A stretch of 64,000 nt of DNA. Origin: Ascidiella aspersa. Lineage: Eukaryota. This document shows positions 48,501-62,111 of this stretch, one piece after another (within the stretch, counting starts at the first letter, position 1; the number at the start of each line of letters is the position of its first letter). A model generated the notes under the pieces. It ran no database searches. It had not been told where the DNA came from and saw only the letters and a list, made by a program, of their open reading frames with translations. Both the position numbers and the translations under genes were made by a program. The stretch is from NCBI GenBank assembly GCA_963924565.1, contig OZ004613.1, positions 13,578,001-13,642,000 on the forward strand, given 5' to 3'.

Positions 48501-51433
48501 CATCACTGTACAAACCGGATATCCAGGCAATCCGCCTTGCCCTTTCGCACCCTGCAATGCAAATAACAGGTGTTTATTTCACTGGAAATGTTACTAAAAG
48601 TTTCTATAACAATATAAGTATAGGTGGTTTATTATATTCTCGTTGTAAGTCATTTAGTTTGAATGTCAAGTAAAATGATTACCTTAATCCCTGGCCGTCC
48701 TGGTATCCCAATTGGTCCCTGAAATCAAACAAACCTTCACAATGTAAAACTTGATATACGAAGATTGTTTAAAATTGTTACTGTGGGTTTGACACGGAAA
48801 ATAAAACCGGTTGATTTATTGTGTTGCTTTATCAAGAACAGGCATCAAGTAGACCTAAATATTTTTATCATGCCGAGAACATAGGTTATGTTAGAAAAAG
48901 CTGTCACTACAAAACCAAAACCCGCTAATACATGCTTTTTGATTGGCTTGTAAACGATCGAAAATCGATTCAAAAACGGATTGTATCAAAATTCATGCTA
49001 AGAGTGGTTTAATCATTTTGGTGGATTCCAGTTAAAATACATATTTTTATGGAATTTTATTCAAATAAAATCTCTTTAGGCGGCCGAACTAGGAGAAAGC
49101 CAACTAATAGAATTATAGGGTCTAGAAATATCCAAGTATACGAATTACAACAACGCGTTGTTTTAAAATGGAACATGAACTCACCATCACCAATAGCATG
49201 CCGTATCCTCTTCACGTGATTTTAGCCGACCAATGGAAGGGTCGGAAAAGGACTCTTTCCCATACAAAAACCTGTCCCGTTACCACCATTTCGTTTATGC
49301 AAATGTCAGTAAAATAACTTTTACTAAATAATAAAATGCAACATGGAAACTATTTGCGTGGAATTGCTAAATGTAGTTTAGGCAGAAGCGGGGAGGGATT
49401 ACACATTCCAAATGCTGCATGCAAGATGTCATGCCAATTGAAAGAAGTAAATGCGTTAAACATAGACTCGGTGAAAGTTTGTTTTACGTGCGTGCAAATA
49501 TATACTTTTCAACAAATTGTGATCGATATGTTGTCTTAAACATGCTTTTCAAGATGCAATTACAGTTAAATAGCGATTACGTTGCAATCACCGAATAGAA
49601 AATTAGATAATGACAGAATGTAAAAGTCTATTCAATACGCTTTACAGTGATGGTAGTAACCACAATGCGATGATTAAATGTAATTAATTAAAAGGGTACT
49701 GTTAGGCCCAAGTTTCATTATATCGCGGAAACAAGGAAAAATTATAAATCAGGAAAAACGTAAGAACTGTATGTCAGTTTTACGCCACACTACATAGTTT
49801 ATTTTCAAAAGAGTTTAAAATGGTCTACAACCTCTGCTTCAAATTTCTTGCCTGATTAAATTGTTTATGTATAGTCTGAGAATGCTTTACTTTGCTAAAT
49901 GCTAAATCAGCTATGCGGTGAGCGAAAAAGTATAAACGTCTCAGCCATATACATGCAACAGTTAATAGCAAGCGAGCGTTTAAGAGGAACGTGCACTTTG
50001 CGGCATGCATCACAAATCAGAAGGTATAAGTACCGGAAATCCATTTTTGCCTGGTCTTCCCTTTATATCCAAATACAAAAAGGTTTCGTGATTATTCCGA
50101 TAGTAGTTGAGGCAACAAAAAGAAATCAAGATTTCTCTCGTTTTTACCAGCAGATAAGCTAAGCATTAGTTTCAGTAGTCGATACGTTGGTCGTATAGGC
50201 AGTTAATAAATTATTCCATGAAAAATGGCCATCGAGGCGATTGCGCAAGATTCTTTAAAGTGTGAAATCAAAAGCGTTATTAAAGCAAAATAAAAAAGGT
50301 TTTGAAAACTGAACGGTTGATTTAGAACAAAGAATCAAAAAAACAACTAAAACGTTTTTAATCAACTTTGCGTTTTGAAAACTAAACGCCACCGCAGGCA
50401 ACAAATTTCGGGACAGAAAACATTAACAATACGGTCGTGATTAACACGTGGTGGCGCCAAAGATAAATATTGGGGGAACAAATTCTTGTCGAAGTCGCAA
50501 AATCAGTGTGTTCTCACCTGTTTTCCTGAAAACGAAAAACAGGGTGTTAGTTTGGTTATTTTGTAAAACAATCAGCACAAAATAATAAGTAACATCGGCA
50601 GATTCGTAAAAGTAAGATTGGCAAAGCATATGGTTTTACAGTTGTTTTACGATGTACTGCTTTAGAAAACGCAATTTAATTCTGTGACAAAGCAAGAAAT
50701 CAATCGCACTTGACAACTCGGGTTGCGCACGTGCCAAATCGGCTGTTATTCAATCGCTGGCGAGCGGAGTTTGGTTGCCTGGCACTTTTCGATTAAAGTC
50801 GTGCCAAAAGCGGGTACACCACAATTTCACAGCACCCGGGGGTAGTGTTTCGTAACACCCGAAACGCAGGGTTTCCGCGAGGCGGCATCACTATTGCGAG
50901 CCGAACTGGAAGAGCAACCAAGGTATACATCCTGTAAATCAGCAAAGGTCCTAAACACCCTGTAAATTCGCACAGGCCCCATCCCCCCTCAAATTAACAC
51001 AGGCCCCATACATTCTGTAAGTCAGCATAGGCCCCATACACCGTGTAAATCAACACAGCCCCATACACCAGTAGTTTGCACAGCCCCCATGCACCCTGTA
51101 AATCAGCACAGGTCCTTAACACCCTGTAAAACAGCACAAGCCCTGAACACCCTGCAAATTAGCACAGGCCCCATACACTCTGTAAATTAGCACAGGCCCC
51201 GGTTGCAGCCGACTGCTGCTGTCAATTGCCTTGCAGAAAAGCTGGGCCCTGGTAACTCAACGCCGACGCCGGTTTTCGATTTCTGGCATGCTCTATCGCG
51301 ACAAAGAGCAGCCGATAAACGAGCCTATACCTACTCGGTTAGTACACGCGTAAACAAAAAATAAAACAGAGCAAAGAAAGGCTCTTCGTCTTACCTCGGC
51401 GTCGTCCGGGCCTCCCAGGTCTTCCTGGCGCTC
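33532..51433 (-). CDS. Membrane-associated collagen with interrupted triple helices (collagen XIII/XXIII/XXV-like), about 30 small exons, N-terminus outside this span
   Basis: Minus-strand exons: 51433-51395, 50525-50518, 48718-48683, 48551-48516, 48353-48327, 48051-48016, 47934-47890, 47460-47374, (46241-46152), 45706-45653, 45460-45344, 45245-45204, 45043-45017, 43495-43457, 42777-42757, 42394-42329, 42203-42168, 42025-41963, 41886-41833, 41753-41655, 41180-41127, 39803-39735, 39623-39564, 39272-39210, 38726-38700, 38625-38572, 38458-38405, 38093-38079, 37353-37264 or 36361-36272, 35682-35644, probable stop exon 33540-33532. Gly-X-Y repeats with non-collagenous interruptions; C-terminal [21 protein letters not shown] matches the MACIT NC4 motif (PCxLGxDGLPxxGC). 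Confidence 0.9.
40583..40968. mobile_element. MITE with TAGGGATGTCC TIRs in a collagen intron
   Basis: TAGGGATGTCC / GGACATCCCTA; no recognisable TSD. Confidence 0.5.
43136..43410. mobile_element. Degenerate hAT-like MITE in a collagen intron
   Basis: CAGAGCTTCCCAAACT / AGTTTGGGAAGCTACA. Confidence 0.55.
46426..46675. mobile_element. MITE with TAGGGATGGGATTT TIRs and 5-bp TSD
   Basis: TAGGGATGGGATTT / AAATCCCATCCCAA flanked by GCTGT on both sides. Confidence 0.65.
46875..47091. mobile_element. Short hAT-like MITE
   Basis: CAGGTTCCGCAAATTTT / AAAATTCGCGGAACCCTG; degenerate TSD ATGTCAAA / ATGTAACG. Confidence 0.55.
50925..51200. repeat. About 28-bp minisatellite, about 10 copies, in a collagen intron
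   Basis: Consensus ATACACCCTGTAAATCAGCACAGGCCCC. Confidence 0.9.
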
Positions 51434-54400
51434 CTGCAAAGCAGAAAAGAGAGTTAGACTTGGAACCGGGATAGCGGGAATAAACAGCTATACGTTACAC
51501 TCGGCACAATTGGAAAGGCACTCGCGGGCCGGAAACGCCTTTTGTCTTGTCGAGGGCCCCAGGGCGCTTCCTAAAGCCACAACGTCCCGTTCAAGTGCGC
51601 CCCTTGAGGAGCTTTCGAAAGAGGGGCGAATTTTTGGGCGACAGCTTCATAGCGGTGCCTCAACCTTCGATTCGGAAAAGCGACTTAAGAATGAATTTCT
51701 GGCTCGTATTTGGTGTTCTTGTGTTTAACTGCCGACAAGCGCTTTTCGGGTTAACTTTACAATTGGATATTGAAGCGCAACCTTTCAAAGACGTTTTCGG
51801 TGACCTGCCAAATATGTTTTTAAAGGGACATATGCTGTGCATAACGCCTAAAAGAGCAAGTTGCATAACCAACTTACCGAGAGCCAGATTTTCTTTAAAA
51901 TCATTTTGAGTCCCCTTCGCCCCTATAGCTTTAATAAAGCAGCCACAAGTTTGTTAAACTTCAGTTTTTATATCCGACCGAAATAATTTTCTAATATAAG
52001 GTGCCAAGCGAACCGGTCTGCCGCACACGCGCGCTGAGCTATTATTAGTCCCACTAACATTTACACGTCGTATCCTGGTTACTCGGCGCGGTTTACATTT
52101 ACGTCGCCGGTGCGCTTCAGTTTACGCGGGATGAGATTAGGCGAGTGGCGCGGGTCAAGGACACTTCAAATTCGCGACATCGCCTTGCGCCTTTCGCCTT
52201 TGTCGCAGAACGAGGGGGCAAAGGGCCCGCGGGGCAGATGGGAAGCGGGCCAAATGGCGGGATCGAAGCACTGGACGCCGACAAAGGCCTGCGGATTTGA
52301 TTACGCTAATATCGACGGCGCGCCGAGTTTTAATTGGCGAGCTCTTGTTTGGATATCGCGCATCGACTTGCAACGGAAGGCAAGCAAACACCCAGGTTCT
52401 AACCCCGCCTGGTTCCAATTGGCAAATGCTACAAAGTGTCCCGTGGGGCTCACCGCTTTCGGGACAACATTGGGGGTAACCTGAACCCCTTGGCAAGGAC
52501 CCCGGCTTAGTAGGAAATCTCTTGCGGGGTTTGGTGCCGCACGCGCGGTTCTTTATCGCCGAACGCAATTAAGCAAAGACCGGAACAGTTCAAGTGCGTA
52601 ATTGGCCTGGCACGCTTTAATAAAAACGGCCGCGCTGGGTTTCTTTTCGCCGTCATAGACAGCAAGGCGCCTTGGATGCGGACACCCAAAACCCCGGTCC
52701 CCGACGGAGCACAACAGTCCTCTACTTGGTACCCCCGGTGTTCCCGTTTTGTCATCATTAAAACGCTGCCAATGCCAAGGCAAACAACCCAAGAGGCGCA
52801 TTACTGTCATTGGGGGCAAGGTGATATCTGGGGCATGCGGCGGGGTGTGTCGGGTGTAAATTTGGCAGCCGATCAGAAACCGGCTAAAGATTTCTGCTAA
52901 GATCGGGGCTTTTTATTAAAACTTTTTAAGCTGTTTTAGAGCGATAACGTTTTTGCTAGATTGCCGAAAAACGCGAATTTGACACACTTTGTGTTTGAGT
53001 AGTCTAAGTGAAATCGTGTTAAAGGACGCTAAACCCGAAGCAGGCATTTATATTTTATTTTACCAAACAAGAATACGACTTAATCTCACAGAATAAAAGC
53101 TCTTTTGACAAGCGGTGGCAATTGTGGGATTAAATCAATATAAACAGCTACTGCCAAATATAGCCGCAAGTCATACACGGATTTGTTACGCTCAACAACA
53201 GAACACAAGGGGTCTACACAACATGGGTGATGCAAAAAGAACGCCAATCCCTTTTCGCGGGACCCACACAGCAGGTATTGTGCAGAGAGGCGACTAATTC
53301 GGTCCGCTACATTTCCCATCGGAAGCGCGACGAGCGATTAGTTACACCTAGTTGAAACTGGCGCGCGGCCGCAGCAGAAATTGACAATTTAAAGCCAATT
53401 ACTTGCCGCTTTGTGATTTTAACCTGGCGGCGCGCACGCTACAGCTCATGAAACGCCGATCAATCGTTCGCCACCCGAATCATAACGATCGACTGCAAGG
53501 ATCAGTCGTCGTCGCTTTCGAAAGACAAAGCAGCTAAACATTGCCTTTATTATTCATTGTGCAGCTTTTAAGTCTTATTTAATAATCTGGCCGCGTGCCC
53601 GCGCGTAGCAGTGCTCTACCAGAGACGGTGCAAGCTTAAAATAGACTTTCTAGACCCGCCTCGCCCTTTGCCAATACCCAATCCTTCTCCTTCTGTTGCC
53701 TGTTATTCTTGCACGAGAGTTGCGGCTGCTGTGGGCGCTTCCCACTGTTTACCGACGAGCGCCGTTCACCCGACGTAAGGCTTAAAGGGAAAGCTGTCGT
53801 TTAACACTTCCGCCCAAGCCGATTGCCGTCTGATAGGCGAGATTGCCCTTTCGTACGATTTTTGTCGCTATCGCCCTAAGCTATACGGGCCTTAGTTAAG
53901 TTTTAAGCGACAACCAACAACGAATTTTGTTACTGAAGAACGCACAAGACTTCGGTGGAGAAAGTTTTTTCAAACTGTTTCGATTTGTTTAGGCTCTAAT
54001 TATATCAATTAATGACATCGCAAGCTTTGGCATCCAAGTCGATAGTAGGTATAGTCGTTCAGTGAAAAAGTGATTTCACACCATTATGAATTTTCACCTT
54101 GCGTTAACTTAATGCCACAGAGTGTGGTTAAGTCTAGCAATTTCGCAATAATAGTCGCAGTATTGTCCAGCATACACTTTCCCTGTTGGGTCGAAGTCAT
54201 TGCGGCAGATATGACCCCGTGTGTCCCCGTGGGGTTAAACGGCGCCATGTTCGCCCAAGTTTAAAAGCACCCTAACGCGACCCAAATGAGTTCCGGTGAC
54301 CCGATACGACCGGGCCGGCCCAGATTGCAATCTACCCCCCTAACCAGAGCTATCACCCCTTGACATACCGGCGCAATGGACGTGAGCGAACAAAGACAGA

Positions 54401-57400
54401 CAAACCGCGTGGTCTGGCGAAAGTCAATATCGCCAAAGGTCAAAGTTAAGCGGCTTGTCGTTGCAGGTTAAGTCGGCAAAGGTCAAAGGTAATGGGCGAT
54501 TTATGAGATACTAAGATTAAGCAATGGGCTGTGGAGTGAATGGTAGGTGCAGGTTTTTTTTTTTTTTTCTTTTTTTTTACCGCAAGTGTTTCATTTAAAT
54601 ACCAAAAAGTTGCAAGTCCAAAATTTTGGAAACCGCTGGAGAAATTTGGGGGACCGTTTCGGTCCTTCTTACATTTCAAAGGAAGTAGACTATTTTCAAC
54701 CACGTTTTACTTCTATTTCCCTATCGCTCGGGATTTTATAAGGCCAACCGAGTTACAGATCAGCCAACCAAGAGGACCACGTTGCTTTTTAACTCAAATC
54801 GGCCTGGATTATTTCGGTTGCTCGACCACCAGAGAAGTTAATCGTCGTTTGTTTGGTTTCATGATTGACCTGGCTTCGCTTCGACAGCGATTATAACACA
54901 ACCGTGTGTGCGGCTCTGATTTGGGCATATGAAATAACGCGATTGGCACGATCGAGCAGAAAAAAAAACATAAAAACACGAACCGATTTGTCGCCGGTGG
55001 TCCATGTTGTGTGTGCAAACGACGTTTACCTAATTTTTTTATGCCGGATCTAAATCAAATCAGAGCACCGACGCGCGCTGCTTCGATTACGGTTTTTCTG
55101 CTTATCTAGTCTCGCGCCAAAGGCGAATACATCACTCTTTGGCGTTGGATGCGGGTGAGAATGGGTACTCATACTGGATACGCTTACAAAAAACGTTACA
55201 ACGCTGAAATGATTCTTTAGGCAGCATCACGTTGAAAGTCTTCGTGTTGTTCATCAAATTCAGGCCGAAGTTTCTCTACATCTGGCAAAAATTACCTATG
55301 TATTTTTCTGCCGAAATTTACCCATATGTATAAAATTTACCCATATGTATTACTTTTAAACACCCGGAAGTATATTTTAGTTTTTGTTGCGATACACCAG
55401 CACTAGTGAATAACAAAAACCTAATTTTTAGATTTTGATTTTGCGAAATGCATCTTTTAATTGTTTACAAGTAAATATCTGCAACTGGTTTATGACAGAA
55501 ACTGAGACGAATTATTGTGGGCCAAAAATCCGTAAAGGTTTTATACGTTTGGTTTGGTAACCTTGACCAACGTCTATTAAACTTGCGTGCTTACTAAACA
55601 CAATACGGTATTACCGTGCCAACCCTAAGCGCCACCTTTGCAACCGATTCACACTGGCGCAAAAGAAAGAGAAGGAACAACAATCGCCTCGCATAGCTGA
55701 AACGGCAGGACAGTGACACACACGCCAGCGAACAAGCATCGGGAGGTCCCGGGAATGTATTGGCTGGGCACACAAAGCAAACCGCCTCGGGCTGCCGTCA
55801 GGTCGTCGCCAAGGCCGCGACCCAGAGGCTTGTGAACCGACGTGAACCCACACAGAGCAAGGTTATGTTATTATTAGCAACGTCTTACAATTTTGACATT
55901 TTTATCGCCCCATAAATGTCGGTTGCATTTGGATACGTTTCGCTTAGCCTGGTCATTGTCTGAAAACGGTTGTTTAAAAATTGGCCCCTAAGCCTGTTTT
56001 AATTTCTTGTGCAACCTAAATTGTTTGGCTATTTTAACGAATTCTAATCTGGTACAACGTTTATAAATTAATTTAAATGCTTGTTTTTAATACTGAACCG
56101 ACGATTCAATCGAAAGTACATAAACTCAAACACCAAGCTATTTACAGTACATCTAATAGAACCGTAATAAGGGTGATAAAAGCTCCAAATTTGGGTTGCC
56201 CTATGGGTAAACTATGGGTAAACCAGACATTTTTCTTCTTGGGTAATCAGAGGTATTGGTGAATACACAAATGCTTTTTGACTAATGGTGGCCGGCCTGC
56301 CTATTTACTTAGGTATGAGTGTGGTTGCCAGTCGGTTTAACGACGAAAATCTAACAGCCAAACACACTACGTAGCAGTTTCTAGGGTTGTTTAAACTCGA
56401 CCGCTTATATCTAAAGGATCCGGGTTGGGCAAGGCTGCTGGTTTGTCGCCGGGCCGTAACTCTATTCGGTTCTTTTAGGCAGAGGTATAAAGAGCGTGGA
56501 GCGGCAGCGACTTGTTCAACAAAAAATAATTCAATTGATAGGGGGGAGGGTGCCGTTGATTGTTCCCTAACAGGGGCTGGCAGATCTGGTGACCAGAATT
56601 GGCGTTTGGCGAGCAAACGTGATCGTTTACTGTACACAGAGGCCAAAACAAATAACGGCCTTTCAGTTTCAAAGTAGGCCTTGTACAATGCCAACTGATT
56701 CGGGAAAGAAACTGTCAACTGACAACATATAACTGCGTGGTAAGTCAAACGCCAATTGACAAAAGTGTAACCAAAAAAGAACCGCTTAAATTTGTTGCTT
56801 GTTTTCCTGTCATTTGCTCACCCCTTGGACAATTTACCTGACTCTTATTCGAGTAAAGGAGATGTTAAAACGGGATAATAATGATAAAGAGGCGACCAAA
56901 CCTGTCTGTTTGCGTCTTTGTCCTATCCTTGGCGTGCTAACGAGGCGGTATATGGTCACAGGTGTAAAAACCCATGCGCACAAAACAACCGGATAAGCGA
57001 CGTTTAAGTCATCCTTTTGTGGAGAGGCCAAGGCCGTTTTTTCAGGCGTCAAACGGAAATTCCAAATAAAGGTTCGCGTCCTATTTAAAATGAGCTTCTT
57101 TTCAACATTGTGTTTTAAGATTGCCGCTGATCACGCAATGCTTTCCAAACGCAGCTGTTCGCCTAAAATACAGTTCTAAATTTGGTTCCTATAAAAGTAA
57201 ATTGCTAAGTGTTGTCTTTCGGGTATATGGGTTCCATTTAAACCTACGCCCACGCCGTTCGATTTCCACACTGTCTCTCTTTAGAAAGTGTGGGTTATAG
57301 AAGGGTGACGTCACACTTTGGAGAAAAAGTCGCCCTAAAACCGGGATGAACACCAATTGACTGGGTGAGCCACCGAGATAAGCCAGCGAAAAGAGTACTG

Positions 57401-60400
57401 AGCCGCGTTGCGCGTGCCGATAAATTGCCGGCTTTGCGTTGCGTCATTAACAGGGGCCGCCATCAGCCCGGGCCTAACGGCAGGGAAAGAAGGATATTCG
57501 AGACCCCCCCCCCCCCCCCGCCGATGAGCACCACGAAAGGCCACACGACGAGATGAAAAATTCATCAAGGGTCCGTTATTGCCGCGACAAAGCGCCGTCC
57601 GAATCCCGCGGCTTAGAGCGCCACCAAAAAGCGGCGAAATTGGCGCGCCCAATTTGCCCGTCGCGCCATGTTCGTTTCTTATGAATCAGGCGCGCGGAAA
57701 TTTTTGCCGCCGGCGCGTGCCTCTATTAATTTTTGATGATTCCTCGATCCCTCTCGGTCTTGGGGGGCCGTCAATTTCGCGAACGGTATGGCCAGACGAA
57801 AAAAGCCGCCTCCCCCCAACAGTTTTCCGCCGAGGGTGAAGTAATCGCGCCAACTGTTGCTCATGTTTTGTTTTTTTTTTACAGACACGCGGCGTTTGAT
57901 TTCGTTCGGGTCGTCTGAACGCCGGATTACTCGCGAAATGCATTAAAACGGAGTAAATCTTTTAAGTATAGTGTATATTTTTTACTTACAATGTTTCTCA
58001 GGAAAAAAAATGGCATACGTGAGTAGTCCAACTAGCATTCCATGTTGGTGCCAAAATTACAGCATTTCAACACACTATAACGAAACAGACTATAGGTAAA
58101 GTGAATTTAGGGGAATCATTCAGGATTTCTTACTGTCTAGCGAGAAAACTGAAAGAATGATGAATAAAACCGTTCGATATAGGCGAATCGTGCAATTGAT
58201 TGCCTTTGAATGCGAGGCATTCCTGTCCATTGCAAAGATCGATCGGTGCTGGTGGTATACACATTAAACGACATTAAAGGTTGATGGATGAAGCCGCAAA
58301 CGCGGCCAAGTCAGATCAATATTAAACAAGCTCGCTTTAACGACAACCAGAAAACACCAACTGGCGCGGCCCCATTAAAAATAAAACGCCAAAGCGACAG
58401 ATGGAAATCCCGTTGGCCGTTACCCTAAACATAGTGGTCGCGGAAGCGGAAATTCCACATACGCCTTGTAACAGCAGTTGCCTGAACCGCCGTGTTAATC
58501 TATGCACGGCCACAGTCAGCTGCAAGGCGATCGAGCGATAGCGGACAGACAGTAATACATCTTGTGTGGTTTTTGTCTATTTTTGTTTGCCGTTGGTGCG
58601 ACAAAGGTGTTTTTTATCAGGGTTTGAGTGATGTTTAAACGGACGTCCTTTGCCTTCGGTAAGTTTTGGCTGATAAGACAACAAAAAATGCTGTTTTAAT
58701 ATGGCAGTCAATGTGAATTGCCGTATTTGGCTTCATCTAAATAGGGTAATCAGGTGACACTATTATTAAGACAAATTGTATTCTATTTTGGACAAGATGT
58801 CGCACAACCCTGCTTCAGCAGGTCACAGTAGAAAATACAATACAATTTGTCTTTATATAATGCCACCAAATTACCCTGTTTAATTTGGCATGAATTTTAT
58901 CTTATCTGTTTTTCATATTCGGGTAGTTCAGCGCCACGTGTGATTATACGATTTTGAAACTACCTCATATATAGGCCTATATATATTATTTAGGGGGTTG
59001 CACATGAAACCGCGCAAGACTTTATGACGAAATCAATGGAAGTAGGAAATCGGCATTTTTTTTCTCGCTGCGGCTTGCAACAACACGAAAGCGGTGACGT
59101 TTTCCGGCGTCGGGCGGTAATACGTTTGACCGCGAGGAATGTTTACGAGGCGACAGGTTGCGCGCGAACTTCACAGCGTGGGAAAGTTTGCCCGCAACGC
59201 GGGGGCAATTTTTTCCGTTGCTGTACAAACGCGTTATACTTGTAGGATAGGGCTACCCGTGTGTTAATGGCTATTTAGATAGTTTGGTCACTGGCGTTTT
59301 CTTTAATGTGCGATTGAAAACAATATGAAAAAAAGCCAAAATGTGAACTTAAAAGCCCCGCTCCCAGGGTTAGATATTATATTAAAATGTGACATAGGGA
59401 GAATATAGGCTACCACAGTCGCTATAGTAATACATTGTCGTTAATACTCTTAAACGCCGCATAAGATCTAAAATATTCAAGCAAAGTGATAGGTCAGCTT
59501 TAAAAGCACTGCACTAGAAGAAATCGATCTGGTTCGTTTGTTCGTATTGCTTCTTGTTTACCCTCGCCGTAAGCCGACCCCAGGCAAATCCAGGCGCGTG
59601 CCCAGGCACTTGAACCCCTGTTTACCGTGGGGGCCCCTTTTAGCCCCTGCTATTTCGCGAATCGTGTCGCTCTGCTGTCGCCCAGTGATTTGCAAGGGAA
59701 TCGCACTGCGGTTTTGAAAATTTAAACGACGCCAAACACGATTGTTGCGTCACTTACAGCCTGTTGACGCTTCCGGATTCCTAGTCGCATCTTCGGTCAA
59801 AGGCCTGTTTTGTCGCAGGCTATTCGACCCGAAGGCAAAACAGACGAGTCACGAACGCATGAGTCATCAAATCCGCAAGCAGAAAATAGAAGCTTAAATA
59901 AAAAAATGCTTGGGGCCAAATGGGTACAAAGCGATCCTCGCGATTGCAATTATGCGGTTTACACGCCACATTCGAACGTTTGCCAAAACCGGAGAGCCGG
60001 TGTTCACATCTGTTTTGCTTTATGTCGTTTCTGTGCACAACTATTGCACTGAATTTTGTGCGTATACTTTGACGAGGGTTATCTCATTCAATAAAGAACA
60101 CTGTGAATTGCCTATACTTCATGTTTGCAATAACACATTATTGTAAAAACACTTTTAAATATTTTGGATACTCCGATCGCTTCTAGAAATCATACACGCA
60201 ACCCTAGAGAACACAACGTTAAGAAACTCTGTATGAGACGCGCCGGACTCATAAAAATAACAAAATGGCTTCTTTAACCAAAAAACGCAATTGGCAACAC
60301 TTATTCCACGTGATTTCACTGTGGGAAAGTCGTAAATGCGGATGCGCAAAATTCTCGCTTTGACTAGGACGAAAACATCCTAACGGATCCGACGCCATTG

Positions 60401-62014
60401 TGGGGAGCCTGTCGCGTCAACACCAGTTCACCGTAAAGAGAAAGAGATGCAAAGGCAGGATGCCGCAAGGCGCCGGAATGAGCTGCCGCAATCGGAGATA
60501 ATGCGACTGCTGGAAAGTATGCGTCTGCCGCGTCGCTGTCTCCGGCCTCTTGTAGTTGGAGATCATCCAAGTCAGGCCAATAGCGATACGGTGCTGTCTT
60601 CCGGGGCCCAACTGTTGCGATTGGGCTGTCACAAAAGGCGGCGCGATATCTCATTTAAGGTTTTGATAGTAATCAGCTATTTTAGCTTGCTTGTCTTCAC
60701 TTAAAATTACTTGCTGTGGCGCTTATCTGTATTGAAACCAGTGCTCAATCAAGGACGTTTTGTTGCCCTTGTATAGGTTGCGTTTTTTGGTCACCAGCAT
60801 GCGAAGAGCTCTGTTTTGAACATTTCGACGCACGGAAGAACCCCCATTTGGGTAGTCACGTGATGGCGTGCAACGTGTACATGACGTCACTGTGAAAATG
60901 TAATTAACGTCATCACATCGAGGTCATCAGATGTCGCCATAAGGTCGCCGACTTTACAAAAGTGTAGCATGTTTGCTTCTGGGTGACACTGTTAATAATG
61001 TTGCAGGTAATCGAACAGAGCGCTATACCTTATGAAAAGTATTGACTTATACCCTTCACCCACTAAACGTTAGGTCAGTGCCTTACACGGCTTCTATCCG
61101 GTTCAAAAAGTTAGCTCTAATGTGCAGAAATCGCATCGACTTCAAAAAGGTCGAGGCAAACCAGCCCAAAGACAAACAAAGCACACTTCTAAAGGTTTGG
61201 GCGTTTGCTATTTCCAGTGTTATTATTTGCTGTTACGATTTACGTCAGCGCGTTTGCTGGTGAACAATTGCTGAATAGTCATGTGAGTCAGGGGTCGTGC
61301 GTTTGGACATCGCGGGCTACACGCACCATTTTAAAAGCCGTTGTGTATCCGCAAGCAAGGCTAAAAGAGGAACGGGGTGTAGGGTTACATAACGCTATGG
61401 TATCCTCTAAGAAATTAAAACACTGACCATAGTTTGTCGCGTATGTTAACTGTTTGTCGGTGTGTTTATCCATGATCAGAATCGGTTACATGGAATAATG
61501 CTTATGAAGGGTAATTCCTGCAAAGCATAAGGTAAATTTACAACTGCTAACTGTTCACTCTACTCTATGGACGAAGCAGCATTCCAAACTTGTGGAACCT
61601 TCTAGAAAATGTCGACAAGCCGACGCCCAAGCAACTCTCCCAACGAAAGAAAAGCACTCGCACGGACACCTGAACAAGCGCGATGGCCCAGCAGGGTCCG
61701 TGAGGGAAATGAAAACATCTGGACGCGACCTGTTAGTCAAAGTGCTAGCGAGAAACGACAATATTGTTGTTGGGCCGTGGAATGTGGAGCAACCGGCACC
61801 CGCGCGCCAATAACGTTAGCTCGCAACGCGAAAGCCCTTTGTAGAACTAATCCAGGATCTTTATTATTAAGGTGGATTGCTCTTTGCGCGCTCAAATGGA
61901 GGTAAAGGGCGTGGTGTGTGGTTGCCGCGCACCAAAAGGTATAAAAGTGTGATCGGGTTTGGTCAAATAACGATAAAGGTGTGTATCTTACGGCGTAACG
62001 CAATGTCCTTTTAC

Positions 62015-62111
62015 CTGGCGCAAGATAACAACTGCGTGACGTGCGAAGTTCGACGGCGTGGGATAAACAACTCAAAATCGCTGTAGCGCAAAAATATTTT
62101 CCATTAATCAT
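62015..62111 (-). CDS. Candidate first coding exon of the collagen (signal-peptide-like + RxxR + Cys)
   Basis: MINGKYFCATAILSCLSHAVELRTSRSCYLAP-G ends at CAG|GTAAAA in phase 1, matching the phase-1 start of exon 51433; acceptor-like TTCACAG lies 6 nt upstream of the ATG. Confidence 0.4.
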
